Below are positions 1 to 15,448 of a stretch of DNA of 64,000 bases, piece by piece (within the stretch, counting starts at the first letter, position 1; each line of letters begins with the position of its first letter). Location of the stretch: NCBI RefSeq assembly GCF_009914755.1, contig NC_060934.1. One strand, written 5' to 3'. The notes beneath the pieces were generated by a model. That model did not search any database. It saw only the letters and a list, made by a program, of their open reading frames with translations, and had not been told where the DNA came from. The DNA comes from the human T2T-CHM13v2.0 reference genome, Homo sapiens. Position numbers and translations under genes: made by a program.

Positions 1-519
1 TTGATTCGTATCTGCCGAGTAGAGTTGTCTGCCTTAGCATTTTATACATTGTTATCTACATAAACATCCTTCTTCTGAAAAGCTCTTGAATTCTCACTGG
101 TTATTTATTCAGGACCCTGGAGTTGAGAACTTTGAAGACAGAGATTTTGCTTGAAACGTTTTCCCTTTCATTTTCAAGGTGTTAGAGCACTCACTTGTCA
201 TAAATTCTTTTATATTCTTAGTATTGACTATGTTTGCTAAGTTTATATTATAATTCTTCCCCAAAGGGAGTCAACGTTCACATTTAGTGCAATAGTGTTT
301 TTTTAAAAAAAAACAAAAAAACTAAAAAAACAGTGATTCCATTTCTCTGTAAGTAGCTTCTCAAACTGTGAGCCCTCTCTCCAGGGCAGGTGTGTGAGAG
401 AAGTTGTCTCAGATGTCCCGGGGTCATTTTACATGAACTCTCATAGGACTGCATTCCACTGTTCACAGGTATTCCCATATCTTTGAATTTGCAGTTGAAA
501 GGTATCCAATATTAATCAA

Positions 520-805
<286 letters not shown>

Positions 806-1529
806 CAAAGACTGCTTTTGAAGTCCTTTAAATTTCGTTCAGATATTTTTTTTAGCCTGTTACTCATTTTTGCAATCTGTTTAATATTTTACAGTTTTTG
901 GCATTACGTTTCACTTTACAAGACTTGAGATAATGGATAGTTCTCGTGATGGCTGAGAACCATACAAGATGTTGGTGGCTGGGGCCTGTTCTCTTCTCGC
1001 CAGTAGGAATGTGTCAGTAACTGCTGCTTTCTTAGTAAAAATTTGACACTGAATGGTGCTGAAACACCAAGCAGAGTTACGGCACATGGAGAAACAGAGC
1101 CAAGTTTCAACTTCTTCAACGGCCCAAAGATACACACCAGTAATAACTAAGAAGTCACCAAGTGCAAATAACATACATGCCACTCAGGCCTGCAATCCAG
1201 ACTTTTTTGCAAAACACATACACCCGAATTCTGGCCTGTATTTATTGCTCTTGCTGAAACAGTAGTATCTCCTCTGGCAAGCCAGATAGTTGTCTTTCTT
1301 CCCTAAGCTCTCCTTGCTCCAGATAATGTGCTACCTTTAAGTATTTAAAACTCTATTCATTTTGCTGATTTTTCTGCATTCATCAAGCTGTTTCTAAAGG
1401 GGAGTTCCGCATTGTAAATGGCCCGAGGTAGTCCCTAGATTCACTAGATTCAACGGAAAAAAAAAGGAGGAAGCAAATGATATGTATGTTCCAGTTTTAC
1501 TATTTGAAAATATATTATCTTCTATGGTT

Positions 1530-1875
<346 letters not shown>

Positions 1876-2184
1876 TAGGACAGACACTCCTGGGAGGCTG
1901 GAGTGGACTGCATCTTTCTCCTGCATTCCCTTAGGTGTCTCCCCTAGAACAAGGCACACAGTAGATACTTAATAAGGGCCTGTTAACTGATTGAAGGGAG
2001 AAGAAAAGCATTCCTTTTCACCAATCATATCAAAAAGCTTTGACATTACTTTCCCCAGATGTTTGTTTCACATACGGCCCAGGGCAATGTCCTCACTTTT
2101 GTGAGTGCTTGGAAACATCTGTAGGCAAATCCCTTCACCGATCATTTCTACCTCACTACAGAGATGACACTAGAGAGTGGAAAC

Positions 2185-2914
2185 TCTAACTTCCCAATGA
2201 GTCCTCATTGCCTGCTGCCTAGACAAGGCCGATTTATCAAGACAGGGGAATTGCAATAGAGAAAGAGTTTAATTCATGCAGAGACAACTGTATGGGAGAT
2301 GGGGGTTCTATTATTACTTGGGGTTTAGGTTTTGAAGGGTAATTTGTTGAGCAGGGGTTGAAAAGGGGCAGGTGCTCATTGGTCAGGTCTGAGGTGAAAT
2401 CACAGGGAGTCAAAGGTGTCCTCTTGTGCTGAGTCAGTTTCTGGTGAGGGACACAAGACAGGATGAGCCAGTTTATCGATCTGGGTGGTGCCAGCTGATC
2501 CATCAAGTACAGGGTCTGGAAAATATCTGAAGCACTGATCTCAGGTTTTACAACAGTGACATTATTCCCAGAAGCAATTTGGGGAGGTTCAGAGTCTTGC
2601 AGCCTCCAGCTGCATGACCCCTAAACCATAATTTCATTTTTTTCCCCCTAAACCATAATTTCCAATTTTGTGGCTAATTTGTTAGTCTTGCGAAGGCAAT
2701 CTAGTCCCCAGGCAGGAAGGGGGTTTGTTTTGGGAAAGAGCTGTCATTGTCTTTGTTTCAAAGTTAAACTATAAGTTCCTCCTAAAGTTAGTTTGGCCTA
2801 TGCCCAGGAATGAACAAGGACAGCTTGGAGGTTAGAAGCAAGATGGAGTCAGTTAGGTCAGATCTCTTTCACTGTCATCATGTTCTCATTACAATTTTTG
2901 CAAGCGTGCTTTCA
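2185..2914 (-). mobile_element. ERV1 solo LTR, LTR8 family (LTR8A/8B-like)
   Basis: Matches recalled LTR8 consensus along its length; ends ...tttca; 4-bp TSD aaac at 2181-2184 and 2915-2918. Confidence 0.85.
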
Positions 2915-3919
2915 AAACTGCCACCAGGCTGTCTTTTCAATTCTCCATTCACTCCACCTCCTAAATCAGCATCGCCTTCCAGAATCCAGGCTACAGATTC
3001 GCATCCAGGGAGCAGACTCCTTTTCCAGATGACCACATTTCTCCGTGAATTGAACGAACGCATCTGCAGTGAGTGGAGTCTGCCCATCTCTTCTTTTTCT
3101 TGGCATCCTTTGCCAAAGCCCTGGCACATGGACATTCTTGGTCTGTGTTGATAGTGCCTGGATAATTTAGGGGTTTGGGACATGACTACAGATATGGAAA
3201 CAACCACACGGTGAAGAATAGGAGAAAATGGCCTGCTTTTAAATAAACACATTGAAAAGTAGCTATGAATTATTCAGGGGTATGGTGATTGATAGCTCAA
3301 GATTCTGTCATTCATAAGAAAAGTTTTATGGTATTTAATGTGCTCAGGAATGTAATTATATTTGGTAGCTCAAGACACAAATAATTTTAAAATTGCAGGA
3401 AGGTGACATTAAAAAGCATTCTTCAAAACAACTGTGAGCATATATGCTCGGTTGATTAACATCTGGATGCCTACAATAGTCATTCTTGAAGCTAGGCTGG
3501 AGCAAGACCTCTATGGGGATAGAAAAACTGGTGTAGGTTACTCAGTTATGCCCAAATCTAAGGCAGATGGGGATTCTAGTGCATAAATATATTAAACGGT
3601 ACAATAACCCACTCAAAACATTCATTTCATTCATCATATGTTCAAAGAGAGTGCAGCCATGGGGTCAGTGCGTGGACTGAATTTGTACTTGATATGACCG
3701 TCATATAATAATCTAAGTGTAGGCAGTAATGTCAGTCTACTTTCAGACACGTTGTCTCATGTAAAGTTCTGTTTCTCTGCAGCAGCCTAAGATATTCATC
3801 CAGAATAATGTCTTGATGTCTTAGTCTGTCAAACGCTGCTTTCTGTTTCTATGTGCTGATAATCGACACTGCGGACCGAAACTGGATCAGACACAGACCT
3901 CTAAATAATATTTAAAAGG

Positions 3920-4110
3920 CAAAAGTGGTTGCCAGGGGTTGAGGGAAGTTGCCTGCTTTCTGGGTAAGGGGTTTTACTTTGGAGTGATGGAAATATTTTG
4001 GAACTAGAAAGAGGGTAGTTGGTACAACTGAATTGTAAATGTGCTAACTGCCACTGAGTTGTTCCCCTTCAAGAGGTGAAATTTATGTTCTATGAATTTC
4101 AACTCTATAA
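3920..4110 (+). mobile_element. Old L1M 3' UTR fragment
   Basis: gtggttgccagggg...gtgatggaaatattttggaactag motif typical of L1M 3' ends. Confidence 0.65.
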
Positions 4111-4375
4111 ATTATCTTTTTTTTTAAGTAAAGAGAGACAATCTCATATAATCCGAGGAGAGTCATGCAAACAACCCAAGACAAAAGTAGGACTGTGAAG
4201 GTGCTGCCTTGTGACCTGTGTCAGAGCTTTGAGTCTCACTGATGGGCAGGCACCGAGATAAGGGGCCTCCCAAGGGAAAAGGGTAGGCAATTTGCAAAGG
4301 CACCATCAGGGGCATAAATGCATGGAAGAGGAAATTTAAAAACGCATGAGAAGTAACTCTGGAGATCATAATTAC

Positions 4376-4520
4376 CTTCCACTTCACAGCCCAGCAGCTC
4401 CATTCTGAGCCCCAGTCCGCCATGAGTGGCTCTCTCGGGGTAGATCCTGATGAATCGCGTGGAGAGAGCTGGAAAAGTCCGCAGCTCAGGTGTATCATAG
4501 TTGTTGTTGCCCTCAAAAGA
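4376..4520 (-). CDS. NRP1: NRP1 exon 10 (145 nt, phase 0-1), end of b2: SFEGNNNYDTPELRTFPALSTRFIRIYPERATHGGLGLRMELLGCEVE
   Basis: Acceptor ...cttcacag|TCTTTT, donor GAAG|gtaatt; ORF 4236..4547. Confidence 0.98.
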
Positions 4521-4716
4521 CTGTGAAGCATGGAAAACACAGGGCATTAAGGAAAAAAAAAAACAGAGCTCCCTTTTAGCAACTGTTTCTTCCCTCCTTC
4601 AGGACTCTGAATAAGGCAGAGAAATTGGCTTCATTCTACCACTTTGTGGTACATCTCTTTCATAAACGAGAAAGGAAAAAAACAATTAAAGCTTCTCTAA
4701 GAAGTGACAGATGGCA

Positions 4717-5155
4717 TTTATTTATTTATTCATTATTATTATTTTTTGAGATGGGGTCTCACTCTGTCGCCCAGGGTGGAGTGCAATGATGTGATTGCAC
4801 CTCACTTCAGTCTTACCCTCCCTGGGCTCAGTGATCCTCCCACCTCAGCCTCCTGAGTAGCTTGGACTACAGGCACCCGCCACCATGCCTAGCTAACTTT
4901 TGTATTTTTTGCAGAGTTGGGGTTTCACCATGTTGCCCAGGCTTGTCTCGAACTTAGGGTCTCAAGTGATCTGCTTGCCTCTGCCTCCCAAAGTGCTGGG
5001 ATTACAGGCATGCGCCACCACGCCGAGCTAATTTTTTGTGGAGACAGGGTCTCATGATGTTGCCCAGGCTGGTCTCAAGCACCTGGCTGCAAATGATCCT
5101 CCTGCATTGGCCTCTCCAAGTGCTGGGATTACAGGTGTGAGCCACTGCACCTGGC
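4717..5155 (-). mobile_element. AluJ dimer plus an extra left monomer (trimeric Alu)
   Basis: On the + strand: right arm, left arm, then a second left arm at about 5028-5155. Confidence 0.8.
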
Positions 5156-5665
5156 ATGAGTTGGCACCTCTTTTGAAGTGTGTTCCTAGCTTGAAGTCCC
5201 TGTGACAGTTTTCAGGAGCTTGGCCACCCACTGCCAGTGCTGCTGCTGGCTTTGTTTCCTTTTCACATGCACGGGAAGATCAAAATCCTTGGTGGAATTC
5301 TGAGAAGATGGAGCAATGACTAGGCCAGTTTTCCTTTTCAAGAAATGGATGAGCCTCCTTATATCCTCTTCTCCAGCATCATTCTTAATCCCATTCCAAA
5401 TGGGAGAAGGCGGAGGGGGAGGAGGAAAAGAAAATTGTCTCATCATAAGGAATGTCCTTTTAAATATCAAACATTGCATGATGTTTGATAGAGTAAGGCA
5501 TTGTTCTAACTGCTTAAAATCTATTAACTCATTTAATCCTCAGAACAACTCATTTTGTCATCTTCCTATGATATTGAAAAACCATAAAAGTTCCTCAATT
5601 GTTTATATAGAACCTAATCTATGATTCCTAACACACCTTTCCACTGAAAAAAATCTCTAAGGTGA

Positions 5666-6010
<345 letters not shown>

Positions 6011-6094
6011 ACATATTTTTTAACTATTCAGAGATTTTAAAAACATGTTACATTTAATTTTACAAATGAAGGTAAATTCTCCATGAGGTAAATT

Positions 6095-6240
6095 CTGTAT
6101 TATGGTCCTTTTACAGACAAGGAAACTGAGGCACAGAGTAGTCAAATCACTTGCCCCATGGCCATACACACAGCAAGTGGCAGGGCCAAGACTCAAACCT
6201 AGCTGGCCTTAACTGGCGCCCTTAACCACACCACGATGCT
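6095..6240 (-). mobile_element. MIR fragment
   Basis: ttttacagacaaggaaactgaggcacagag MIR core. Confidence 0.7.
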
Positions 6241-6277
6241 GCCTCTGCCCTTACAAACCATCTAGTCCAGTCTCCTC

Positions 6278-6580
<303 letters not shown>

Positions 6581-9039
6581 AGTCTCCTGATTTTAATAGG
6601 TGAAAACACCACGGTCCAAGAAACATCTATGCCCAAGGCCACACATTTAGTTTCATTAATTTGTCTTTAATATGATGCAAATTGGGCTAGTAGACCTGGT
6701 AGATCAGATGGAGTGGCTGGCCGGCCCCAGGCCATGCCAGTCAGGAGTGGGAGCCATGCCCAGTAGCTGTGTCAAGACATCATAAACCAGCCTAATATGT
6801 GCTTGTTCGGTGGTGGAAATGTCAAAACAAAACAGTGGAAGCATGTCAGTGAAGACAGATTGGGTAGGTTGCAACAGAATCAGCAGGTTTCTGAGTTCTA
6901 GAAGTAAATTAATTGGCCTTTTCCAACTCAGAAAAGCCTCTAGGAGTTTAAAAATGCATTGCTAATATAGGCCTGCCTCTTCCAATTAAAATTTCTTTTT
7001 TTTTTTTTATCAAGAGTAAATTCACTATCGGGGTTCTGCACTTTTATAGAACTGCAATTGCTGCCAGTAATTGAGACTCTGACACATATTATTGTGAGGC
7101 CCAATTAAGTTATTGTCAGTAGGATACTAATTATAATGAAAATACCATTACTACATATGCAAGTTCTGTCTATGTTAACATACCTCCAAAGATCATAGGA
7201 GAAAAGCATTTATATCTATGGAATCCCAGGCTCATCTCTTCATTTTAACTTGAGCAAAGAATTAACACAATGTAAATACATTATAAAAGCTGTCAGTGCA
7301 GAGCTGGGAAGAATATTAGCAATGAAAACCCATATGGAACTAGGCTAACTGATATAATAAACTTACTTATGAATTCTTTGTGTTCTGTTGCTAATTATGT
7401 TTTAGAAGATGAGGACTTTGAGTGTTTCGACCTTCTCTCTGTTGCTAAAAAGTCTAGTTAATTCAAAGATTCTGATATAGCTTGCCCATTACCCACTATT
7501 TTTGGGGTAGAGAGTGAGGAAAGGGCATTGAAAATTTAAATCCATCCAAGTGCTGTGGATTTCACAAAACAGAGTGCTCATTTTACTTTTACATAAAAGG
7601 TACTTGGCATCTTAAGAGGTAGCCTTCACTTGTAAAATTAAATATAGCATGTTTTTAAAATCTTGATATGATTAAAAACCATGTGCCGCTCTAAAATGGA
7701 AGATTTTTACCCATTTCTTTTTTCGTCTTAGAGATTTTATTTCAGTGGAAGGGTGTGTTAAGGAATCATAGATTAGGCTGTATGTAAACAACGAAGAAGC
7801 TTTTACAGTTTTCAGTATCATAGGAAGATGATAATGATGGATAGAACCATATTTTAGAAATAAACCCTAACACGTTCATCCAATCTTGAATTGAGTATTT
7901 TGTGAAAGTTGAAAGATGTATATTGGCTTCTCATGGAATTCAGTGCTGGATTTACTACAGAAGAGTGATAGCTTTAGATCTGGTTGCAGACGCATGAATT
8001 ATATAGAGACGGGGAAGCATGTGATGCATCCTATCAAAAGCATATGGTGACTTGTTTTCTTTCTCTCTCAGAGCCCTAGTGTTGAAGAACATGTCACACC
8101 AGCACACGCCGCCGTCGCCAGCAGCAGGAAGTTGTTGATTTGCAGCATATTCACACTTTCTGATGCAGTCAGAGCTCACTGCTTCTCAGAACAGATCCAC
8201 TCAGAAGGAACTCCAGTTTCTGATGTTTATTTTACTTTTTCTTCCCCCCAAACAAGGCACAAAAGGGGAAAATGAAAGGGACACAAGAAAAAAGGTAGCT
8301 GCACAGAGAGATAAATATAACACTGAAAATATTTTAGAAACCACAAGTTAAGGAAGGGAGAGATGGGAGAGAGATTCAGATATTTCTGATGGCACCCAGC
8401 CCTGCCAGTGGCCCGCTGCTCTAGTGGTAGCCGGTGGCCTGTCGGGGACACGGAGGTTTCCTTGGAGCCTTCACATCTGGAGGGAGTGGGAGCTGGCAGC
8501 ACAGCCTGGCTTCTTTGCTGCCTGCAATGCCTCTGGCTTGAGTCACTATATTAAGCCATGTTCCCACACTTGCTTAGAGTGGGAGTGAGGGTAATATTCC
8601 CTTCAATAAGCTAAAATCTGTTTTTCACAAGAGGAGTAGGTCCTGGCCAAAGCAGGGATGGAAAGGCTAAGACCAAAAGGCCAATTGTATTGGTGTGAGA
8701 AATACCATCGCTGAATATAATTCCCACACTGAACACAGAACTTAAACTGCTAGTTGTCTGTAGGTTGGTCCATATTTGAATCCTAAACCAGCTTCTGGGC
8801 CACCCAGCACACTCCAGGGTATCCTTTCCAAGTTGCTGTTGCATGTTCGCAAATAAATTTAGCCATCACTCTAAGTAAAACATAATGACTGAGGTTGATT
8901 TGTTGGTTGAAAAAAATTATACCACGGGTTTTGGTGGATGTTGGAATGGAATGTTTTTGTGTTGAGATTTCCTTTTCTTTTCACTGGATTATCAAGAGCC
9001 TACTGCATCTTAAAAGGTTTCAACGCATAAAGAAATATA

Positions 9040-9774
<735 letters not shown>

Positions 9775-10189
9775 CACAATAAAAATTTATAAAAGAAACA
9801 AAGCACTTAAACTAGGGGTAGGTTTGAGATGGGGGGAGGGCAGACCCAAACGACTGAGTGGTATCTGCAAGGGGTTCTGAGCGCTGGCTGGATGGCTGCT
9901 GTCAGCCTTGGGCTTCCCCGTCTCCTGTCTGCATGTTGAGCTGTCTGTCCATCCCTACAGCCAGGGAATGGGACCAGCAATGCAATTCTTTTGCATGTTA
10001 TCTCAGACATCACTTTTCATGCCATATTCCTGTCTTCCTAGAATCAAGGGTCTTACTGACCCCATCACACACCTCCTCTAATGTCATGGCTGGAAGGAAA
10101 TAAGAAGCCCTTCCTCGGGAGAATGCCAGAGGCCCTTGATTGAAGTCAAGGACATAAGGGATGACCTCCTCCCAGTCCCCAGCCCTCAC

Positions 10190-10521
10190 CTTCGCCTTGC
10201 GTTTGCTGTCATCCATGATCATCTTCCAGTCCGAGCCGTTGTTGCTGTACCCGATCTTGAACTTCCTCATGAACACCTTGTTCTCTCGGTGCTTCCCACC
10301 CTGAATGATGATGCCCCTCACGATCTTCTCCTCCCCCAGGTCTATTTGGAGCCACTCATTGATGTAGGAATGAGGTGCGGGTGGAAGTGCCCAGCCAGAG
10401 CGACTGGTTACCAGGCGGATGTTTTCAGGCATCCAGTTTCTGTCCCCTTGGTTGGATGATGTGATCTGGGAGTCAGAAATAAGTCCAGACACCATACCCA
10501 ACATTCCAGAGCAAGGATAAT
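10190..10521 (-). CDS. NRP1: NRP1 exon 9 (332 nt, phase 1-0), b2 domain: (D)YPCSGMLGMVSGLISDSQITSS...WKMIMDDSKRKAK
   Basis: Acceptor ...ttcccag|ATTATC, donor GAAG|gtgagg; ORF 10010..10504. Confidence 0.98.
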
Positions 10522-11494
10522 CTGGGAAGTGAAATGAAACAGATAATGTAAAATGATTTCCTGGGCGACTCCATGCTAAGAAATAAAATACAACATATGG
10601 AATAAAGACATGATTTTGTACCCAATCATATACAATTTTCAGTCTCTGGATTATTTTACAGTAAATCTTTCCTCCCTCAAACCTTCCTCCTGCTCTGTCA
10701 GAATTCCCGTCTCTAAACTCACATCCCAGTAAGGCAAATCTTCAATAAGAACATACATTTCCCCCGCTTTGACATCTTCTAAGTTTAACATTCATATTTC
10801 AGTCTCTTTGGTATCCAGAATTCATCCCTGGATCAAGTACTGGCCCTGCTTAAGAGAAGTTCATAGTTTATGATGGATTGGAGATATGCATAGAAGTCAA
10901 TCCGATAGCAGGAAGGTTGCTAAAACAAAGGTAAAGAGACAGTGATGCAGAGGTAAAGAGAACGAATGCATACTCAGCCTGCAGAGGTAATAGAGGACCT
11001 CCCAGGGGAGGTGGCATTTGAATTGAGTGTGGGAGAATAGTGACCATGATCCCCCACAACTGTTCTCCCCACCCCTATTTCTAATTGCATTGGGGACTTT
11101 CCACATGAATGTCTCACTGTCATCTCAAATGTACCACAAGCAGACTAAGACAGTCCTTTCCCCTGGATACTGCATCTTTTCACTGAACCCTGTCTTTTAA
11201 TTGGTGGCATCACCAATCATCCACTTCCTGCCTAGTCATCTCGTCATTTCCGTTTTGCTGCCAAATCCTGTTGTTTTTATTAAGTACAAGAAAGCAACAG
11301 AACTCTTGTTGCTACCTTCCTTTCTTCTGGATTTATCCTGATCCGAGCGCTCTGGCCAGGGTGCTACATCAGCTCTTGGTTGGCCTCCCAGACCCCACTT
11401 TGAATCTCCACTACACCAACTGCTACTTAAATTTTCAGAAAATGTTGTTTTAAGCATGTCATTCTCATCCTCAAAAATCTCCACTGCTAAGTGA

Positions 11495-11840
11495 AAGAAG
11501 CCCAACAAAAAAAGGACAAATATGGTCTGATTCCATGGATAGGAGTAGCCTATCACTAGATCAGTCAGATTCGTAGAGACAGAAAGCAAAATGGTGGTTG
11601 CCAGGGCTTGGGGGAAATGGAGATTGGGAGAGTTAGTGTTTCATGGGTGCAGAGTTTCAGTCTGAGACAATTATAAAATTCTGGAAATAGTGGTGATGCT
11701 TGCACAGCAATGTGACTGTACTTAATGCGACAGAATTGTACACTTAAAAATGTACAATGATAAAATTAAAATGGTTAAAAGTGGTTGAAAATTGTTAAAG
11801 CGGTAAATTTTATGTTATGTATATTTTACCCCGACAATAG
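11495..11840 (+). mobile_element. L1M 3' UTR fragment
   Basis: gagacagaaagcaaaatggtggttgccagggc...tgtacacttaaaaatg. Confidence 0.75.
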
Positions 11841-12825
11841 AAAAGAGATATCTTTTGAAAATGTACCATGGTTTTCCATTATTGATAGGAAGATATCAAA
11901 ACTCGATCTGGCATTCAAGACCCTCATTTTGACTTCATCCCATTTGCCTAATTTGATTTTCTATTACTGACAATACATCTCAGTTAAGCAATTCTCTTCT
12001 CATACAGTCTAGACGTCATCCTCATCATTGCCTTTGCTCAAAACCCAGCTTAAGACTCATGAAGAGAACTTTTCAAGCTACTCTAGCTTTTATTCTGAGC
12101 TCTCCCTTCTCAGAAATATGATGTAAGTAGCACAGAGCTCAGCATTCCACTGCTCTCTAAGGCTTTAAGATTGTTAGTCATGTACCCACAGCTAGATTAT
12201 AAGATCTTCAAAGGCAATGAACAGCATCATAGACCTTTTTATGTCTTCTAAAGCAGCCCAAGGAGCTTCTGAGCACAAGGAGAGTATCAGTTGTTGATGA
12301 ATTCAACGCTGGCTTAATGACAAAATGTCCAACACTTCAAGTATTTTCCTTTAGAAACTGTACATCCTAATCAAGAACATGTGCAAGAATGATAACCTAT
12401 TTTTCTTTGAAGCAACTCAATTCTGCGTTATATAATAAAAATTTAGCCTAAAAATATAACTACCCCTAAGTGAGAGGCAAACATCTAATGCAATTAAACT
12501 AAGTCCACATTATCAGCTGAACCTTAAGAATTCATTACTCAGATACTTTCCACATGAGTTCTATGGTCCAGATCATGTCGTTTCTTTACTCAGACATTCA
12601 GTGCCTTCTTGTCTAGAAATTACGCACGTCATTTTCAGTCAGGCATGCAGGCCTTCCATGTCATGTCCTTGCAAGGCCTCTCCCCATTCACTCCTTTAAC
12701 CAGTGCCAATTGGCATGAAGAACTTCCTTACTTCTGGGAGTTTGGGAGCTTTCTTTCTGTTCCCTCCACAAGGAATTCCCTGTCATGTTACCCTTTTCCA
12801 TTATCTGAACTGCTTAAAATCCTGA

Positions 12826-13236
<411 letters not shown>

Positions 13237-13253
13237 CCCTCTACACCCCGGCC

Positions 13254-13567
<314 letters not shown>

Positions 13568-14373
13568 TAGTTCTTTGGAATGCTGCTTTCTGCCTCCCCA
13601 GATTTTAACTTCTTTGAGGACACGAACTAAGTCATATTTTTCTGTTTTATATGACTCTTCATGCCCTGTTTTATACATAGTATTTGCTCAACAAATATTT
13701 GTTGAATGAATCAACTTAATACAATGAAAGGCAGCTGTCATTTTCTCAATTGCCCTTTCCTGTAACTTAACCACAGTATTTGCTCCAGGCTGGGATCTGG
13801 AAACCAAGAATATACTCAGTCGGGATTAAAAAAAGATTTACAAAAACAATTTTACTAAGGGACTATGAAACTGTAGTGTTAAAAATAGAGTGCCATTTTT
13901 TGGCCACGGTGTTCATACCTGCCTGATTCCAAACAAGCTTTTAGAAAGGCAATGTTTAGCTGGTAATGGGGACCAGATGTTACCATTTGGAGGCAAACAT
14001 AATTAACTTGAATACTGTAAGGAGAGCAGAACCGTCACCAGATTAATGCCCTTTCTCTAATGCAGACTCGGCTGGGGCACAGTTTCTGTATTCATAGACT
14101 TAGTGATGCCCTGTCCCCATTTAGCCAACATATCCATGGTGCAAAGTGAGACTGTTATTCCTTCCATATAGCTGCCTCATTAAAAAAAAAAAAATGAAGA
14201 GGCAACTTGATTTACCTTTGACTGAAAACTATGTGACTCACTTTTAACAATAATTTGCAGAAAAATTACATTAACAATTAATTCAAGGTTTGAATGAGAT
14301 GCTAGCGTTTAACTCTGTCCCTTCATAGCAGGCTGGTACAGGTCAGCCCGGTGCAGGTCAAACCCTTTGGAAA

Positions 14374-14574
14374 TAGTGTTGCCAGATTTAGCAAATAAAC
14401 AACAAAACAAGAAACAAGATGCCCAGTGAAATTAGAATTCAGAGAAATAATGAATAATTTTTTAGTACACATATGTCTCAAATATTGCATGGGACATACT
14501 TATTCTGAAAAATTATGTCTTGTTTGTCTGCGTCAAATTTAACTGGACATTTTGTATTTCACTTGGCAGCCTTG
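14374..14574. mobile_element. MER53 (palindromic hAT-family MITE) with 8-bp TSD
   Basis: Matches recalled MER53 consensus (gttgccagatttagcaaataa...ttggcagccttg); TSD tttggaaa at 14366-14373 and 14575-14582. Confidence 0.85.
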
Positions 14575-15135
14575 TTTGGAAAGCTTAAGACCACTTCAGG
14601 ATGGAAGGGAGAAATGAGTTTTGTAATGGAGGATTGAGGTCGTTATTTTCAGTGATATTATTTTACAGTAAATCTCTGTACTCAGCTTTAATGGAAAAAC
14701 TGAGGTATACTGGTAAATCAAATATCCAGTTAACCAATTTCCAACGAATGAGAAAGTAATAACTGCATTCGATGGGAGACCCTGAATGAGCATAATTTAA
14801 TCTCTCCTTGATGACTCAGAAAGTACCTCTGGATATTATGGTGTCTGAGATCATCACTGTGAATTCTGATTGACTTAGGAGCACATGAATATGTGTTGAA
14901 GCGCTGGGTAACAGACTTCTGGTTAATAACAGAAGATAGCAGAGTTCAGAGTGTGTTAAGCAGCCATTGCCCAACGTGATTTCCATCTCTGCCAAAATGA
15001 TGAAGCCTACTTTGTCAAAATAATGAAAATGCCCTTCATCAATCACCTATAAAGCAGAATGGTTTGTTCCAATCTTATTTTCTTTATATCTCTATATGGT
15101 GACAAACTCTGAATTTTCCAGGATTACTATATTTC

Positions 15136-15448
15136 TTTTTTCTTTCTTTTTTTTTTTTTTGAGATGGAATCTTGCTCTGTTGCCCAGGCTGGAGTGCAGT
15201 GGCCAGTGGCACAATCTCGGCTCACTGCAAGCTCTGCCTCCTGGGTTCACGCCATTCTCCTGCCTCAGCCTTCTGAGTAGCTGGGACTACAAGTGCATGC
15301 CACCACACCTGGGTAATTTTTTGTATTTTTAGTAGAGATGGGGTTTCACTGTGTTAGCCAGGATGGTCTCAATCTCCTGACCTCGTGATCCACCTGCCTC
15401 GGCCTCCCAAAGTGCTGGGATTACAGGAGTGAGCCACTGCGCCCAGTC
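15136..15448 (-). mobile_element. AluY-like with long TSD
   Basis: TSD aggattactatatttct on both sides. Confidence 0.9.
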
